64,000 nucleotides of DNA, from NCBI GenBank assembly GCA_964466835.1, contig CAYXNV010000002.1:3779-67778 (forward strand), in the 5' to 3' direction. A model generated the notes under the pieces. The model had not been told where the DNA came from, did not search any database, and saw nothing but the letters and a program-made list of their open reading frames with translations. Both the position numbers and the translations under genes were made by a program. Of this stretch, positions 37,746-48,641 are shown one piece after another. Source of the DNA: an uncultured Gammaproteobacteria bacterium (GTDB lineage: Bacteria; Patescibacteriota; Patescibacteriia; Patescibacteriales; UBA12465). Each line of letters opens with the position of its first letter. The stretch's first letter is position 1.

Positions 37746-37814
37746 ATTTTTCAACAATTATTTTTTAATGGTTTAACTTTAGCAACATTTCAAAAAATAA
37801 TCAAGTATGTTAGA

Positions 37815-38426
37815 ATGGAGAATATGATGATACCAATATTTCAAATAATCGTTTTAATATTAGCCGCTGTTGCTCATGAATATATGCATGGCTGGATGGC
37901 TTATCGCTTAGGCGACCCAACCGCTAAGAATGCTGGTCGTCTAACCTTTAATCCTTTAGCTCATTTAGAGTGGTTTGGCTCTTTTTTCTTGCCTTTAATG
38001 ATGCTATTAGCTAATTTTGGTTTCATCTTTGGTTGGGCCAAACCAGTCCCATATAATCCCTATAATTTGAGAGATAAGAAGTATGGGGAAGCTAAAGTAG
38101 CTTTAGCAGGACCAATGGCAAATTTGGGGATAGCCATTGTTTTTGGGCTAATATTACGCTTTTTACCGTTTTTTAGTCTAACTTTTGCTGGTTTATTGAG
38201 TATTATTATCTATATTAATCTGATTTTAATGGTTTTCAACTTAATCCCAATCCCACCCTTGGATGGCTCTAAGATATTAGCTGTGTTTCTTAAACCCGAA
38301 CAAAGAGCCCGATATTTACGGATGGAAAGAACTGGTTTTATTCTAATAATTTTGTTTATAATGGTGGCTGGCAGTTTGTTAGTTCCGGTTGTTAATTTCC
38401 TTTTTCGGTTGATAGTGGGAACCTAG
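37815..38426 (+). CDS. Site-2-protease-family zinc metalloprotease (peptidase M50)
   Basis: HEYMH zinc motif within a TM helix; NLIPIPPLDGSKIL second motif. Confidence 0.75.
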   Translation: MENMMIPIFQIIVLILAAVAHEYMHGWMAYRLGDPTAKNAGRLTFNPLAHLEWFGSFFLPLMMLLANFGFIFGWAKPVPYNPYNLRDKKYGEAKVALAGPMANLGIAIVFGLILRFLPFFSLTFAGLLSIIIYINLILMVFNLIPIPPLDGSKILAVFLKPEQRARYLRMERTGFILIILFIMVAGSLLVPVVNFLFRLIVGT

Positions 38427-38448
38427 ATAATATCAGTTTTAGTTATCC

Positions 38449-38477
38449 TTGACTTATATTTTAGTTTTTGTTAAATT
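38449..38477 (+). promoter_or_regulatory. Candidate promoter of the str operon (TTGACT, 17-nt spacer, TAAATT)
   Basis: Spacing and hexamers seen in the sequence; the -10 is weaker than the -35. Confidence 0.4.
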
Positions 38478-38497
38478 ATAGCTGTATAAATAAACAT

Positions 38498-38515
38498 ATC
38501 CTGAGTAGTCAGGAT
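38498..38515 (+). promoter_or_regulatory. Stem-loop in the rpsL leader, between the candidate promoter and the start codon
   Basis: atcctga-gtag-tcaggat followed by ttgtttt; there is too little room downstream for a promoter. Confidence 0.4.
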
Positions 38516-38545
38516 TGTTTTAATATTTAAAAAATAACTTATATT

Positions 38546-38962
38546 ATGCCAACTATTAATCAATTAGTTCGCAAGGGAAGAAAGAAAGAAACTAAAGGCA
38601 AGAAATCTTTAGCTCTTCATACTACTTTTGATTCTCTGCATCGTAAAAAGAAAGAAAATGCTAAAGGCGCTCCATTTAAACAGGGTGTTTGTTTAAAGGT
38701 GACCACCACTACTCCTAAAAAACCGAATTCAGCTCTACGTAAGATCGCAAGGGTAAAGCTTTCTAATGGCATGGAAGTGACTGCCTATATCCCGGGAATG
38801 GGTCATAATCTCCAAGAGCACTCAATTGTTTTAGTAAAGGGTGGAAAGACTAAAGATTTACCAGGTGTTCGCTATAAAGTGGTTCGAGGTGTGTTTGATG
38901 CCTCTGGCGTTGAAGCCAGACGTCAGAGTCGCAGTCTTTACGGTGCTAAGAAACCAAAATAA
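38546..38962 (+). CDS. rpsL: Ribosomal protein S12
   Basis: [12 protein letters not shown]...[10 protein letters not shown]... Confidence 0.9.
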   Translation: MPTINQLVRKGRKKETKGKKSLALHTTFDSLHRKKKENAKGAPFKQGVCLKVTTTTPKKPNSALRKIARVKLSNGMEVTAYIPGMGHNLQEHSIVLVKGGKTKDLPGVRYKVVRGVFDASGVEARRQSRSLYGAKKPK

Positions 38963-38987
38963 ATTCATTAATTTATAATCAATAAAT

Positions 38988-39461
38988 ATGAGAGGAAAAC
39001 CAGCCCCAAAAAGAGATATTGATGGTGATCTAAAATATAATGATAAAAACATCGCCAAATTTATCAATTACATCATGGAAGAAGGCAAGAAAACTATTGC
39101 TGAGAAGATTGTCTATGATTCTTTTAATATTCTAAAAGAAAAAACTAAGCAAGACCCACGACACATTTTTAACAAAGCGATTAAGAAAGTGTCTCCTTTG
39201 GTTGAGGTCAGAGGAAAAAGAGTCGGCGGTGCCAATTATCAGGTTCCATTCCAGGTAAGAGGTGAACGTCGTTTTTTCTTAGGTTGCAATTGGATTATCA
39301 AGGCAGCCCAAGATCGCAAGGGCAAAGCAATGGCGGAAAAGTTAGCGATTGAAATTTTAGATGCTTCCAATGGTGAGGGAACAGCAGTTAAGAAAAAAGA
39401 AGCTGTTCATAAGATGGCTGAAGCTAATAAGGCTTTTGCTCATTTCTCTCGTTCTAGATAA
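38988..39461 (+). CDS. rpsG: Ribosomal protein S7
   Basis: S7 fold; str operon position. Confidence 0.9.
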   Translation: MRGKPAPKRDIDGDLKYNDKNIAKFINYIMEEGKKTIAEKIVYDSFNILKEKTKQDPRHIFNKAIKKVSPLVEVRGKRVGGANYQVPFQVRGERRFFLGCNWIIKAAQDRKGKAMAEKLAIEILDASNGEGTAVKKKEAVHKMAEANKAFAHFSRSR

Positions 39462-39483
39462 TTAATTTTAATTTTAAATAAAT

Positions 39484-41568
39484 ATGGCTCGAGATTATTC
39501 GTTAGAAGACATTAGAAATATTGGCATCATGGCTCACATTGATGCTGGTAAAACCACTTTTACTGAACGTGTTTTATTTTACACTGGTAAAAAGCATAAA
39601 ATTGGTGAAGTTCATGAAGGCGCAGCTGAAATGGACTGGATGGACCAAGAAAAAGAACGTGGCATTACAATTACTTCGGCTGCTACTACTTGTTTTTGGA
39701 ACAATAAAAAGATTAATATTATTGATACTCCCGGACACGTTGACTTCACAGTTGAAGTTGAACGATCTTTACGTGTTCTTGATAGTGCCGTGGCTGTTTT
39801 TGATGGTCAAGCTGGAGTAGAGCCACAATCAGAAACTGTTTGGCGCCAAGCTGATAAATATCAAGTTCCTCGTCTTTGTTTTGTTAACAAGATGGATAAG
39901 ATGGGAGCTGATTTTTATATGAGTTTAGAATCTATCCGTTCTCGTTTAAGTAATAAAGCAGTAGCAATACAATTACCAATTGGGGCTGAGAGTAATTTAT
40001 CAGGAGTAATTGATCTATTAACTCGTAAAGCTTATAAATTTAGTGGTCATTTGGGTTCAGTGGTTGAGGAAATTGAAATTCCTGAAGATATGAAGGATAA
40101 AGTAGAAAAATATCGCAGTGAATTAATAGAAAGAGCAGTTGAATCTGATGAAGCTACCATGGAAAAATATTTAGCTGGTGAAGAAGTTAGTGTTGAAGAA
40201 TTGAAAGTAGCGATTAGAAAAGGAACAATTGCTAATGATTTATATCCAGTACTAGTTGGTACTGCTTTACAAAACATTGGTGTTCAATTAGTTTTAGATG
40301 CTGTGGTTGAATATCTACCTTCACCATTAGATGTCCCTGATATTGAAGGAACTGATACTGATGATGAGGAAAAGAAGGAAATGGTGAAAGCAGATGATAA
40401 TGCTCCTTTCGTTGGTTTAGCTTTTAAAATCGCTACTGATCCTTTTGTAGGAAAGCTTTGTTTTGTTCGTGTCTATCAAGGTATTCTTAAATCAGGTTCA
40501 TATATTATTAATTCATCTACAGGCAAGAAAGAAAGAATTGGTCGTTTAGTGCGAATGCATTCTAATCACCGGGAAGAGGTGAAGGAATTATATGCTGGCG
40601 ACATTGCTGCTATTATTGGTCTTAAAAACACCACTACTGGTAATACTCTTTGTGATGAAAATAAGTCACTATTACTAGAGTCAATTACTTTCCCTGAACC
40701 AGTTATTAAAATTGCGGTTGAACCAAAGACTAAAGCTGATCAAGAGAAAATGGGAGTAGCTCTGCAACGTCTAGCTGAAGAAGACCCTACTTTCCGAGTA
40801 GAAACAGATGAAGAGACTAATCAAGTCCTTATCTCTGGTATGGGAGAACTTCACTTAGATATTATTGTTGATCGGATGAAGAGAGAATTTGATGTTGAAG
40901 CTAATGTTGGTAAACCACAAGTATCATATCGTGAAACTATTACTAAGATTGCTGAAGCAGAACATAAATATGCCAAACAATCAGGTGGTCGTGGCCAATA
41001 TGGTCATTGTTATCTAAGAGTTGAGCCAATGGAGCCAGGTAAGGGCTATGAGTTTGCAGATGAAGTTAAAGGTGGTGTTATTCCTAAAGAATTTATTCCA
41101 GCGGTAGAGAAGGGTGTTAAAGAAGCGCTATTAAGTGGTATACTAGCTGGTTATCCAATGGTTGATGTTAAAACAGCTGTTTATGATGGTAGCTATCATG
41201 AAGTTGACTCTTCTGAAGTTGCCTTTAAAATGGCTGCTATTTTCGCTTTCAAAGATGCTTGTCAGAAAGCCGGACCAGTTTTAATGGAACCAATTATGAA
41301 AGTGGAAGTTGTTACCCCAGAAGAATATATGGGAAATATTATTGGTGATTTAAACGCTAAACGTGGTCATATTGAAGAAATGGTTGATCGTGCTAATGCT
41401 AAAGTGGTTAATGCTAAAGTGCCACTAGCGGAAATGTTTGGTTATGCCACCTCACTCCGTTCTATGAGCCAGGGCAGAGCCAATTACACCATGGAATTTG
41501 GCCATTATCACGAAGTTCCTAAGAGTATTCTTGAACAGATCCAAGAAAAGAATGGAAAAACTGAATAA
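39484..41568 (+). CDS. fusA: Elongation factor G
   Basis: G-domain motifs [17 protein letters not shown] and NKMD, plus domains II-V. Confidence 0.95.
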   Translation: MARDYSLEDIRNIGIMAHIDAGKTTFTERVLFYTGKKHKIGEVHEGAAEMDWMDQEKERGITITSAATTCFWNNKKINIIDTPGHVDFTVEVERSLRVLDSAVAVFDGQAGVEPQSETVWRQADKYQVPRLCFVNKMDKMGADFYMSLESIRSRLSNKAVAIQLPIGAESNLSGVIDLLTRKAYKFSGHLGSVVEEIEIPEDMKDKVEKYRSELIERAVESDEATMEKYLAGEEVSVEELKVAIRKGTIANDLYPVLVGTALQNIGVQLVLDAVVEYLPSPLDVPDIEGTDTDDEEKKEMVKADDNAPFVGLAFKIATDPFVGKLCFVRVYQGILKSGSYIINSSTGKKERIGRLVRMHSNHREEVKELYAGDIAAIIGLKNTTTGNTLCDENKSLLLESITFPEPVIKIAVEPKTKADQEKMGVALQRLAEEDPTFRVETDEETNQVLISGMGELHLDIIVDRMKREFDVEANVGKPQVSYRETITKIAEAEHKYAKQSGGRGQYGHCYLRVEPMEPGKGYEFADEVKGGVIPKEFIPAVEKGVKEALLSGILAGYPMVDVKTAVYDGSYHEVDSSEVAFKMAAIFAFKDACQKAGPVLMEPIMKVEVVTPEEYMGNIIGDLNAKRGHIEEMVDRANAKVVNAKVPLAEMFGYATSLRSMSQGRANYTMEFGHYHEVPKSILEQIQEKNGKTE

Positions 41569-41585
41569 TAATTAAATTTACATAT

Positions 41586-41915
41586 ATGTTGCCAGAACAA
41601 TTAAAAAAAATATTAAAATTAATTAAGAAAACTGGTGATAGAGTAATTATTTTTGATGCTAATTTTCCTGAAGATTCTTTTGTGGTCATGGGTTTAGATC
41701 GCTACACTGAAATGACTGATAATGATGAATCTGTCAAATCAGGGCCAGTTGAGCCCGCAAATTTGACAGAAGGAGATTTAACTGATAAAATTAATCGCGA
41801 AATATCAATGTGGAAGAACCAGAAAAATGAAAATGAATTAGGAGAAGAAAGTGGTCCCGGAAAGACCTGGAAGATACCTCCCAAGGTAGTAGATAATGCG
41901 GAAAACATTGAATAA
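41586..41915 (+). CDS. Hypothetical small acidic protein
   Basis: 109-aa ORF between fusA and tuf. Confidence 0.4.
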   Translation: MLPEQLKKILKLIKKTGDRVIIFDANFPEDSFVVMGLDRYTEMTDNDESVKSGPVEPANLTEGDLTDKINREISMWKNQKNENELGEESGPGKTWKIPPKVVDNAENIE

Positions 41916-41933
41916 AATAATAATTTAGTTTAT

Positions 41934-42263
41934 ATGGACAAAAAAGAGGGTAAATTTTTTATCGGTGAGGAACCAGTAGGTAAAAAGCCTGAAGAAGAAC
42001 CCATTAAAATTAACGAAGAAACTGGTAAACCCGAAGTATTTATTAATGAAAGACCAGTAAATGAGAAGACTCCAGGTGAACAAATTGAAGAGAAATTAGG
42101 AGAATTATCACCAGAGAAACAAATGGAGTTTATTAAAAAATGTCTTTTGCCTGAAGTAGAGATAAATCGTATTATCATAGAACATGTTAAAAATAGTGGA
42201 CAACTTAAAGAGATGACTTCATTGGCTCTGGAAAAATTAGAAGAAATTGCTTCAAAAAATTAA
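41934..42263 (+). CDS. Hypothetical small acidic protein
   Basis: 109-aa ORF between fusA and tuf. Confidence 0.4.
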   Translation: MDKKEGKFFIGEEPVGKKPEEEPIKINEETGKPEVFINERPVNEKTPGEQIEEKLGELSPEKQMEFIKKCLLPEVEINRIIIEHVKNSGQLKEMTSLALEKLEEIASKN

Positions 42264-42294
42264 TTAATTAATAAAATTATAAATAATAATTTAG

Positions 42295-42347
42295 GACGGC
42301 TGGTTTCCTTTATGGGAAAGAAACCTCGTAATAAGACGAGGGCCGTG
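42295..42347 (+). promoter_or_regulatory. Structured element in the tuf 5' leader (outer stem enclosing two hairpins)
   Basis: acggc...gccgt enclosing ggtttc/gaaacc and cctcgt/acgagg stems; ends 10 nt before the tuf ATG. Confidence 0.35.
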
Positions 42348-42357
42348 TAAAAAGAAT

Positions 42358-43545
42358 ATGGCAGAAAAATTTGAAAGAACAAAGCCCCATGTTAACGTTG
42401 GTACTATTGGCCACGTTGACCATGGGAAAACCACTTTAACCGCCGCTATGTTAGCTATTTTTGATGCTAAAGGCATGAAAGCTTCTAAGAAAGGCGTTAA
42501 TGAAATTGATGCTGCTCCAGAAGAAAAAGAACGTGGTATTACTATTGCTACCGCTCATGTTGAGTATGAGACTGAAGGACGTCACTATGCTCACGTTGAC
42601 TGTCCTGGCCACGCTGATTATGTGAAAAACATGATTACTGGTGCTGCTCAAATGGATGGTGCTATCTTAGTAGTTTCCGCTACTGATGGCCCTATGCCTC
42701 AAACTAGAGAGCATATCCTATTAGCTCGTCAAGTTGGTGTTCCTTATATCGTTGTCTATTTAAACAAATGTGACATGGTAGAAGACAAGGAATTAATTGA
42801 CTTGGTTGAAGAGGAAGTTCGTGATTTACTAAAGAAATACGAATTCCCAGGAGAAACTACTCCAATTATTCGTGGTAGTGCTCTAAAAGCTTTAGAAAAT
42901 CCAACTGGTCCTGATGCTGATTCAATTCTAGAATTGATGAAGTCTCTAGATGAATATATTCCTGAACCCAAAAGAGAAGTTGATAAACCTTTCTTGATGC
43001 CAATTGAAGATATCTTCTCAATTGAAGGTCGTGGTACAGTTGTAACTGGTAGAATCGACAGAGGTATTGCTAAAGTAGGTGAAGAAGTAGAGATTGTTGG
43101 TTTAATGGACACTAAGAAGACCACTATTACTGGCGTAGAGATGTTTAATAAATCTCTAGATGAAGGTCAAGCTGGTGATAATGCCGGTATCCTATTACGT
43201 GGTACTAAAAAGGATGAAGTTGAACGTGGTCAAGTATTATGTCAACCAGGTTCAATTACTCCTCACACTGAATTCACTGCTGAAGTTTATGTTCTAAGCA
43301 AAGAAGAAGGTGGTCGTCACAAACCTTTCTTTAAAGGTTATAAACCACAATTCTACATCCGAACCACTGATGTTACTGGTGAAATTACTCTTCCAGCTGG
43401 CACTGAAATGGTCATGCCTGGCGATACCGTTAACTTAGATGTTAAGTTAATTAGCCCAATCGCTCTTGAAGAAAAGCAAAGATTTGCTATTCGTGAAGGT
43501 GGCCGCACTGTCGGTGCTGGTGTTATTACTAAAATTTTGAAGTAA
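42358..43545 (+). CDS. tuf: Elongation factor Tu
   Basis: [18 protein letters not shown] and NKCD motifs. Confidence 0.95.
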   Translation: MAEKFERTKPHVNVGTIGHVDHGKTTLTAAMLAIFDAKGMKASKKGVNEIDAAPEEKERGITIATAHVEYETEGRHYAHVDCPGHADYVKNMITGAAQMDGAILVVSATDGPMPQTREHILLARQVGVPYIVVYLNKCDMVEDKELIDLVEEEVRDLLKKYEFPGETTPIIRGSALKALENPTGPDADSILELMKSLDEYIPEPKREVDKPFLMPIEDIFSIEGRGTVVTGRIDRGIAKVGEEVEIVGLMDTKKTTITGVEMFNKSLDEGQAGDNAGILLRGTKKDEVERGQVLCQPGSITPHTEFTAEVYVLSKEEGGRHKPFFKGYKPQFYIRTTDVTGEITLPAGTEMVMPGDTVNLDVKLISPIALEEKQRFAIREGGRTVGAGVITKILK

Positions 43546-43557
43546 GTAGATACTTAG

Positions 43558-43590
43558 CCCCGCTCTTAATAAGAGCGGGGTTGTAGTGTT
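43558..43590 (+). terminator. Hairpin terminator after tuf
   Basis: 10-bp stem ccccgctctt/aagagcgggg followed by a U-rich tract. Confidence 0.55.
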
Positions 43591-43624
43591 TATTTAAATT
43601 AAAAAGATCAAGGAAACAAAAATT

Positions 43625-43960
43625 ATGCCCGAGAAAAAGAAAGAAGAAAAGGAATTTAAGCAGAGAATAAGGATTAAAATCAAAGCTTTTGATCACAAGA
43701 TTATTGATCAGTCTACTAAAACCATTGTAGAGACTGTTGAACGTTCTGACGCCCAATTTTTTGGGCCAATTCCACTGCCGACTGAGAAAAAAAAGTACAC
43801 AGTCAATCGTTCTACTTTTGTTCATAAAGACGCTCGTGATCAATATGAAATGAGGACGCATAAAAGAATTATTGATATTATTGATCCAACTGCTAAAACC
43901 ATTGAAGATTTGACTAATCTTAGCCTACCAGCTGGAGTTGACGTTGAAATAAAAATGTAG
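43625..43960 (+). CDS. rpsJ: Ribosomal protein S10
   Basis: S10 fold ([19 protein letters not shown]...). Confidence 0.9.
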   Translation: MPEKKKEEKEFKQRIRIKIKAFDHKIIDQSTKTIVETVERSDAQFFGPIPLPTEKKKYTVNRSTFVHKDARDQYEMRTHKRIIDIIDPTAKTIEDLTNLSLPAGVDVEIKM

Positions 43961-44119
43961 TAATATAACAAAAGATATTTAAAGTATTGAGATTTGTTTA
44001 AATAACTCTCATTAAAGGAAAGTGTTTAAATCGAAATCAATTACTATTTGGAGGTAAGCCACTAAAATATAAAATAATAAAACGTGAGAAAATAAAGTTA
44101 TTTTTATTGTTTTTGTTTT

Positions 44120-44150
44120 AAGCTGGCTGAAGCCAGTTTTTGTTTTTAGA
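44120..44150 (+). promoter_or_regulatory. Terminator-like hairpin in the 199-nt rpsJ-rplC intergenic leader (candidate attenuator)
   Basis: ctggc-tgaa-gccag followed by TTTTTgTTTTT, about 10 nt before the rplC ATG; no ORF in the gap. Confidence 0.45.
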
Positions 44151-44159
44151 GAAATCATT

Positions 44160-45038
44160 ATGAAATTTATTTTAGGAAAAAAAATGAATATGACCCAAAT
44201 TTGGGAAAATGATAAGGTAATAGCTGTTACCCCGGTTTTAGCTGGTCCTTGCGTGGTTGCTCAGGTAAAAACTAAAGATTCTGATGGTTATGGCGCCCTA
44301 CAATTATCTTTTGGAGAAAAGAAAGAAAAAAATATTAAAAAACCACAATTAGGTCATGTAAAAAAATTAAATATTAAACCCCGCCACTTAAAAGAATTTA
44401 GAACTAATGAATTGGGTGAAGTTAAAGCGGGTGATATCATTAATGTCGCTACTTTTGAAAAGGGCGACATTGTTGCTGTTACTGGCACTTCTAAAGGTAA
44501 AGGTTTTCAAGGGGTAGTTAAAAGACATGGCTTTAAGGGTCAACCAACAACTCATGGTACTAAAGACCAAGTTAGAATGCCAGGTTCAATTGGTCCTTTA
44601 GGTCCAGCTCACGTTTTTAAAGGTACTCGCATGGGTGGTCGCATGGGTGGTAAAAAAATTACTACTACTAATTTAGAAATTATTAAAATTGATTTAGATA
44701 ATAATCTTTTATTTATCAAAGGAGCTGTCCCTGGGGCAATTAACGGTTTGTTAATGATCAAAGGTCAAGGTGAATTAAAGGTTAATGTTAAACCAGAAGT
44801 GAAGAAGGAAGAAGAGGCTCCAAAGGAAGAAAAAGCAGAGGAAGCAAAAGAGGAAAAGATTGAGGAAAAGAAAGAAGAAGTTAAGGAAGAAAAAGTAGAA
44901 GACAAAAAAGAAGAAGCTCCAAAAAAAGAAACAAAAGAAAAGAAAGAAGATAAACCAGCTGAAAAGAAAGAAAAGAAGGCTGAGGATAAAAAAGAAGAAA
45001 AAAAGGAAAAGGTTAAGGAAGAAACTCCTAAAAAATAA
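44160..45038 (+). CDS. rplC: Ribosomal protein L3 with a C-terminal K/E-rich extension of about 85 aa
   Basis: L3 core followed by low-complexity KEEKAEEAKEEK... Confidence 0.9.
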   Translation: MKFILGKKMNMTQIWENDKVIAVTPVLAGPCVVAQVKTKDSDGYGALQLSFGEKKEKNIKKPQLGHVKKLNIKPRHLKEFRTNELGEVKAGDIINVATFEKGDIVAVTGTSKGKGFQGVVKRHGFKGQPTTHGTKDQVRMPGSIGPLGPAHVFKGTRMGGRMGGKKITTTNLEIIKIDLDNNLLFIKGAVPGAINGLLMIKGQGELKVNVKPEVKKEEEAPKEEKAEEAKEEKIEEKKEEVKEEKVEDKKEEAPKKETKEKKEDKPAEKKEKKAEDKKEEKKEKVKEETPKK

Positions 45039-45055
45039 ATATAATTAATTATTAT

Positions 45056-45703
45056 ATGTCCCTAAAGACAAAAGTATACAATCAATCTGCCGAAGCTGTT
45101 AGTGATTTAAATTTATCTGCTAAGATTTTTGCTGTAGAAGCTAATGAAGAGTTACTTCATCAAGCAATGGTAACTCAATCAGCTAATGAACGTCAGGTTT
45201 TAGCCCACACTAAAGATCGTAGTGAGGTTAGAGGTGGTGGTCGTAAGCCTTGGCGTCAAAAAGGAACTGGTCGTGCCCGAGCTGGTAGTTCACGTTCACC
45301 AATCTGGATTGGTGGTGGAGTTACTTTTGGCCCTAGAAAAGAACGTAGTTTTAAAAAGAAAATCAATAAGAAGATGAAACAGAAAGCAATGTTTATGGCC
45401 TTGTCTGATAAAGTTAATAATAAATCTCTAGTGGTAATTGATAAATTAGAGTTAAAAGAATATAAAACTAAGAAGTTAAATGAAATTATTACTACTTTAG
45501 AAAAAAAGATTTTAAAAAATGAACGTCGTAGTATTCTAATTATTAATAATGCTAAAGATGATAAAGTTAAATATTCTGGACGTAATTTACAGGGAGCTAA
45601 AATTATTAATTTAGAAAATATTAATATTATTGATTTATTAGCTTATAAAAATCTATTAATTAGCGAAGAAGCTGTTAAATCATTAGAAAAGAAATATAAA
45701 TAA
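45056..45703 (+). CDS. rplD: Ribosomal protein L4
   Basis: L4 fold; operon position. Confidence 0.85.
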   Translation: MSLKTKVYNQSAEAVSDLNLSAKIFAVEANEELLHQAMVTQSANERQVLAHTKDRSEVRGGGRKPWRQKGTGRARAGSSRSPIWIGGGVTFGPRKERSFKKKINKKMKQKAMFMALSDKVNNKSLVVIDKLELKEYKTKKLNEIITTLEKKILKNERRSILIINNAKDDKVKYSGRNLQGAKIINLENINIIDLLAYKNLLISEEAVKSLEKKYK

Positions 45704-45708
45704 AAAGT

Positions 45709-46188
45709 ATGCCTTTATTCGGATCTAAAAAAGATAAAACTAAAGATGATAAGCCAGTTGCTAAGGTTGCTAAAAAAGAAAAGAAAGAAGCAAAGAAGGA
45801 AGATAAGAAAGAAACTGCTTCTAGCATGAAGGATTTGTATAGTGAAGAACCTAAAAAAGTAAGTAAAAGTAAAACTGAAGCTAAAAAGAAAGCGACTAAA
45901 TATACTAGTGCTTATCGTATTTTGGTTAGACCTTTAATTACTGAAAAGGCTACTAATTTGAGTGCTGAAAATAAATATGCCTTTATTGTCGCCACAGAAG
46001 CTAATAAAATTGAAGTAGCTAAAGCAATTAAAGCTACTTATGGTGTTAAACCAGTGTCTGTTAATTTAATTAATGTTAAAGGTAAAAAGGTTACTCGCGG
46101 TCGCATTCAAGGCAAGCGAAAAGATTTTAAAAAAGCAATTGTCACCCTACCTAAGGGCGAGACTATTAAGATTTACGAAGGAGTTTAA
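45709..46188 (+). CDS. rplW: Ribosomal protein L23 with an N-terminal K-rich extension
   Basis: L23 core [14 protein letters not shown]... Confidence 0.85.
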   Translation: MPLFGSKKDKTKDDKPVAKVAKKEKKEAKKEDKKETASSMKDLYSEEPKKVSKSKTEAKKKATKYTSAYRILVRPLITEKATNLSAENKYAFIVATEANKIEVAKAIKATYGVKPVSVNLINVKGKKVTRGRIQGKRKDFKKAIVTLPKGETIKIYEGV

Positions 46189-46202
46189 TATTTATTGAAA
46201 AT

Positions 46203-47039
46203 ATGGGAATTAAAAAAGTAAAACCTAATACCCCTGGTAGACGTCAAGCCACTTTTGATGATTTTTCTGATATTACTAAAACTAAACCAGAAAAAGCTTT
46301 AGTTACCATTAAAAAGAAACGAGGCGGTCGTAATGCTCAAGGAAAAATTACTATTCGTCATCGTGGTGGCGGTACTAAACGTTATATCCGTCAGGTTGAT
46401 TATATTAGAGATAAGTTTGATATCCCCGCCACTGTTAAAGCAATTGAGTACGATCCCAATAGGGGAGCTCGTTTAGCTTTATTAAACTATGCTGACGGAG
46501 AAAAAAGATATATTGTTGCCCCAGTTGGTTTGAAGGTTGGTGATAAGATTATGAGTTCTAAAGAGTTAATTGAAATAAAAACTGGTAATGCTTTACCACT
46601 TAAATTTATCCCAGCTGGAATGGCAATTAGTTGTGTTGAATTAGAACCAGGACAGGGAGCTAAAATTGCTCGGGGAGCTGGAAACGTTGTTTATGTCATG
46701 GGCGTAGAAAAGAAGTTTGCTCAAGTAAAGCTACCAAGTGGAGAAATTCGTTTAATTAAAAAAGAATGTTTAGCCACCGTTGGTCAAGCTAGTAATCCTG
46801 ATAAACGTCATATCTCTTTAGGGAAAGCCGGTCGTACTCGTCATCTAGGAATTCGTCCGACTGTTCGTGGTTCAGCTATGAATCCAGTTGATCACCCCCA
46901 TGGTGGTGGTGAAGGCAATCAGCCAATTGGTTTAAAGCATCCCAAAACTAAATGGGGTAAACCAGCTTTAGGTGTGAAAACCAGACGAAGACGTCCAAGT
47001 GATAAGTTGATTATTAAACGTCGTAAGAAAAGAAAATAA
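46203..47039 (+). CDS. rplB: Ribosomal protein L2
   Basis: [16 protein letters not shown]...[10 protein letters not shown]. Confidence 0.95.
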   Translation: MGIKKVKPNTPGRRQATFDDFSDITKTKPEKALVTIKKKRGGRNAQGKITIRHRGGGTKRYIRQVDYIRDKFDIPATVKAIEYDPNRGARLALLNYADGEKRYIVAPVGLKVGDKIMSSKELIEIKTGNALPLKFIPAGMAISCVELEPGQGAKIARGAGNVVYVMGVEKKFAQVKLPSGEIRLIKKECLATVGQASNPDKRHISLGKAGRTRHLGIRPTVRGSAMNPVDHPHGGGEGNQPIGLKHPKTKWGKPALGVKTRRRRPSDKLIIKRRKKRK

Positions 47040-47064
47040 TTAGTAATTAGTTAATTTAAGTAAT

Positions 47065-47352
47065 ATGTCCAGAAGTTTGAAAAAAGGACCCTATGTTAAT
47101 CCAAGGATTCTTAAAAAAATACAAAATTTAAAACAGGGTGATAAAACCGTGATTAAAGTTTGGGATCGAGCCTGTACTATCACTCCAGAAATGGTTGGTT
47201 TTACCATTGGTGTTCATAATGGTCGACAACATACCCCTGTTTATATTGTAGAAAATATGGTTGGACATCGTTTGGGAGAATTTTCACCGACTCGTAAGTT
47301 TGTTTCTCATGGTGGTAAAATGGCTAAAACTCAAGCCCAAGCTAAGAAATAA
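47065..47352 (+). CDS. rpsS: Ribosomal protein S19
   Basis: [11 protein letters not shown]... Confidence 0.9.
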   Translation: MSRSLKKGPYVNPRILKKIQNLKQGDKTVIKVWDRACTITPEMVGFTIGVHNGRQHTPVYIVENMVGHRLGEFSPTRKFVSHGGKMAKTQAQAKK

Positions 47353-47364
47353 TTATTTATTAAT

Positions 47365-47925
47365 ATGGAAGCAAAAGCAAAATTAAAACATTTAAGAATG
47401 TCACCGCGGAAAGTCCGTTTGGTTATTGATGTTATCCGAACCATGCCAGTTATGGAAGCTTTAGATCAGCTCAAATTTATTAACAAAAGAGCAGCTGGAC
47501 CGATTATTAAATTAATTAATTCTGCTATTGCTAATGCTGAGAATACCTATAGTTTAGAAAAAGATAATTTATATATTAAAGAAATTAAAGTTGATGAAGC
47601 CGCTACTCTAAAGCGTTGGATGCCTAGAGCTCATGGTCGAGCCACCACTATCCGCAAAAGAGGATCACATATTTCATTAGTTTTGGCAGAAATAAAAGCT
47701 AGTGGCAAAAAAACTAAAAAAACTGTTAAAGCTGAAGCTCCAGTTAAATTAGATAAATTGAGAGAAAAGAAGGCAAGCAAAGAAGATAAGAAAGAGAAAA
47801 AAGAAAATATAACTAAAAATATTTCTGAAGATAAAAGCCGAGAAACAATTGATTCTCAAAAAACTAAAACTGACAGAACAGGTAAGGGTTTTGCGGGCAA
47901 AGTCTTTAGAAGAAAAGCAGGATAA
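47365..47925 (+). CDS. rplV: Ribosomal protein L22 with a C-terminal K/E-rich extension
   Basis: L22 core followed by a low-complexity tail. Confidence 0.85.
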   Translation: MEAKAKLKHLRMSPRKVRLVIDVIRTMPVMEALDQLKFINKRAAGPIIKLINSAIANAENTYSLEKDNLYIKEIKVDEAATLKRWMPRAHGRATTIRKRGSHISLVLAEIKASGKKTKKTVKAEAPVKLDKLREKKASKEDKKEKKENITKNISEDKSRETIDSQKTKTDRTGKGFAGKVFRRKAG

Positions 47926-47936
47926 TTTAATTTTAT

Positions 47937-48617
47937 ATGGGTAAAAAAGTAAATCCAAAAATATTCAGAATCGGTGTCATTAAAACTTGGCCATCAGTTT
48001 GGTTTGAGAAGGGTGATCAATATGTTAAGAATGTTAAACAAGACGTTAATGTTCGTCGTCATTTAATTAGAGAGCACCGAGAAGCAGGAATTGATAAGGT
48101 TGAAATTATTCGCGGAATTAATAAAATTGAAGTTAATATTTGGACAGCCAAGCCCGGTATTATTATCGGTCGTGGTGGTGATGGGGTAGAAAAGTTAAAA
48201 AAAGACTTGCATGATAAGTATTTGAAGAGTTTTCGTATGCAAGAAATTAATTTAAATATTAAAGAAGTTAGTCGTCCCAATTTAAGTGCTCAGATCATGG
48301 TTCAAGCCATGATTATGGAAATCGAAAAAAGGATGCCATATCGTCGGGTAATGAAACAGGCGATTGCTAGGGCAGAAAGAGCCGGTGCTTTAGGGATTAA
48401 GATAGTTGTGGCTGGACGTTTAAATGGAGCGGAAATTGCTCGTAGTGAAAAGTTAGTATCTGGAAAAGTGCCTTTACACACCCTGAGGGCTGATATTGAT
48501 TATGCTCGCGGAGCTGCTCGTACTACCTATGGAGCAATTGGGATTAAGGTTTGGATTTATAAAGGAGAAATTTTTGAAAAAGATAAAGATAAAAAAGGAG
48601 AGATTATTGAAAACTAA
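47937..48617 (+). CDS. rpsC: Ribosomal protein S3
   Basis: KH domain and S3 C-terminal domain. Confidence 0.9.
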   Translation: MGKKVNPKIFRIGVIKTWPSVWFEKGDQYVKNVKQDVNVRRHLIREHREAGIDKVEIIRGINKIEVNIWTAKPGIIIGRGGDGVEKLKKDLHDKYLKSFRMQEINLNIKEVSRPNLSAQIMVQAMIMEIEKRMPYRRVMKQAIARAERAGALGIKIVVAGRLNGAEIARSEKLVSGKVPLHTLRADIDYARGAARTTYGAIGIKVWIYKGEIFEKDKDKKGEIIEN

Positions 48618-48641
48618 AATTAGTTTTAGGTTTATAAAAGT

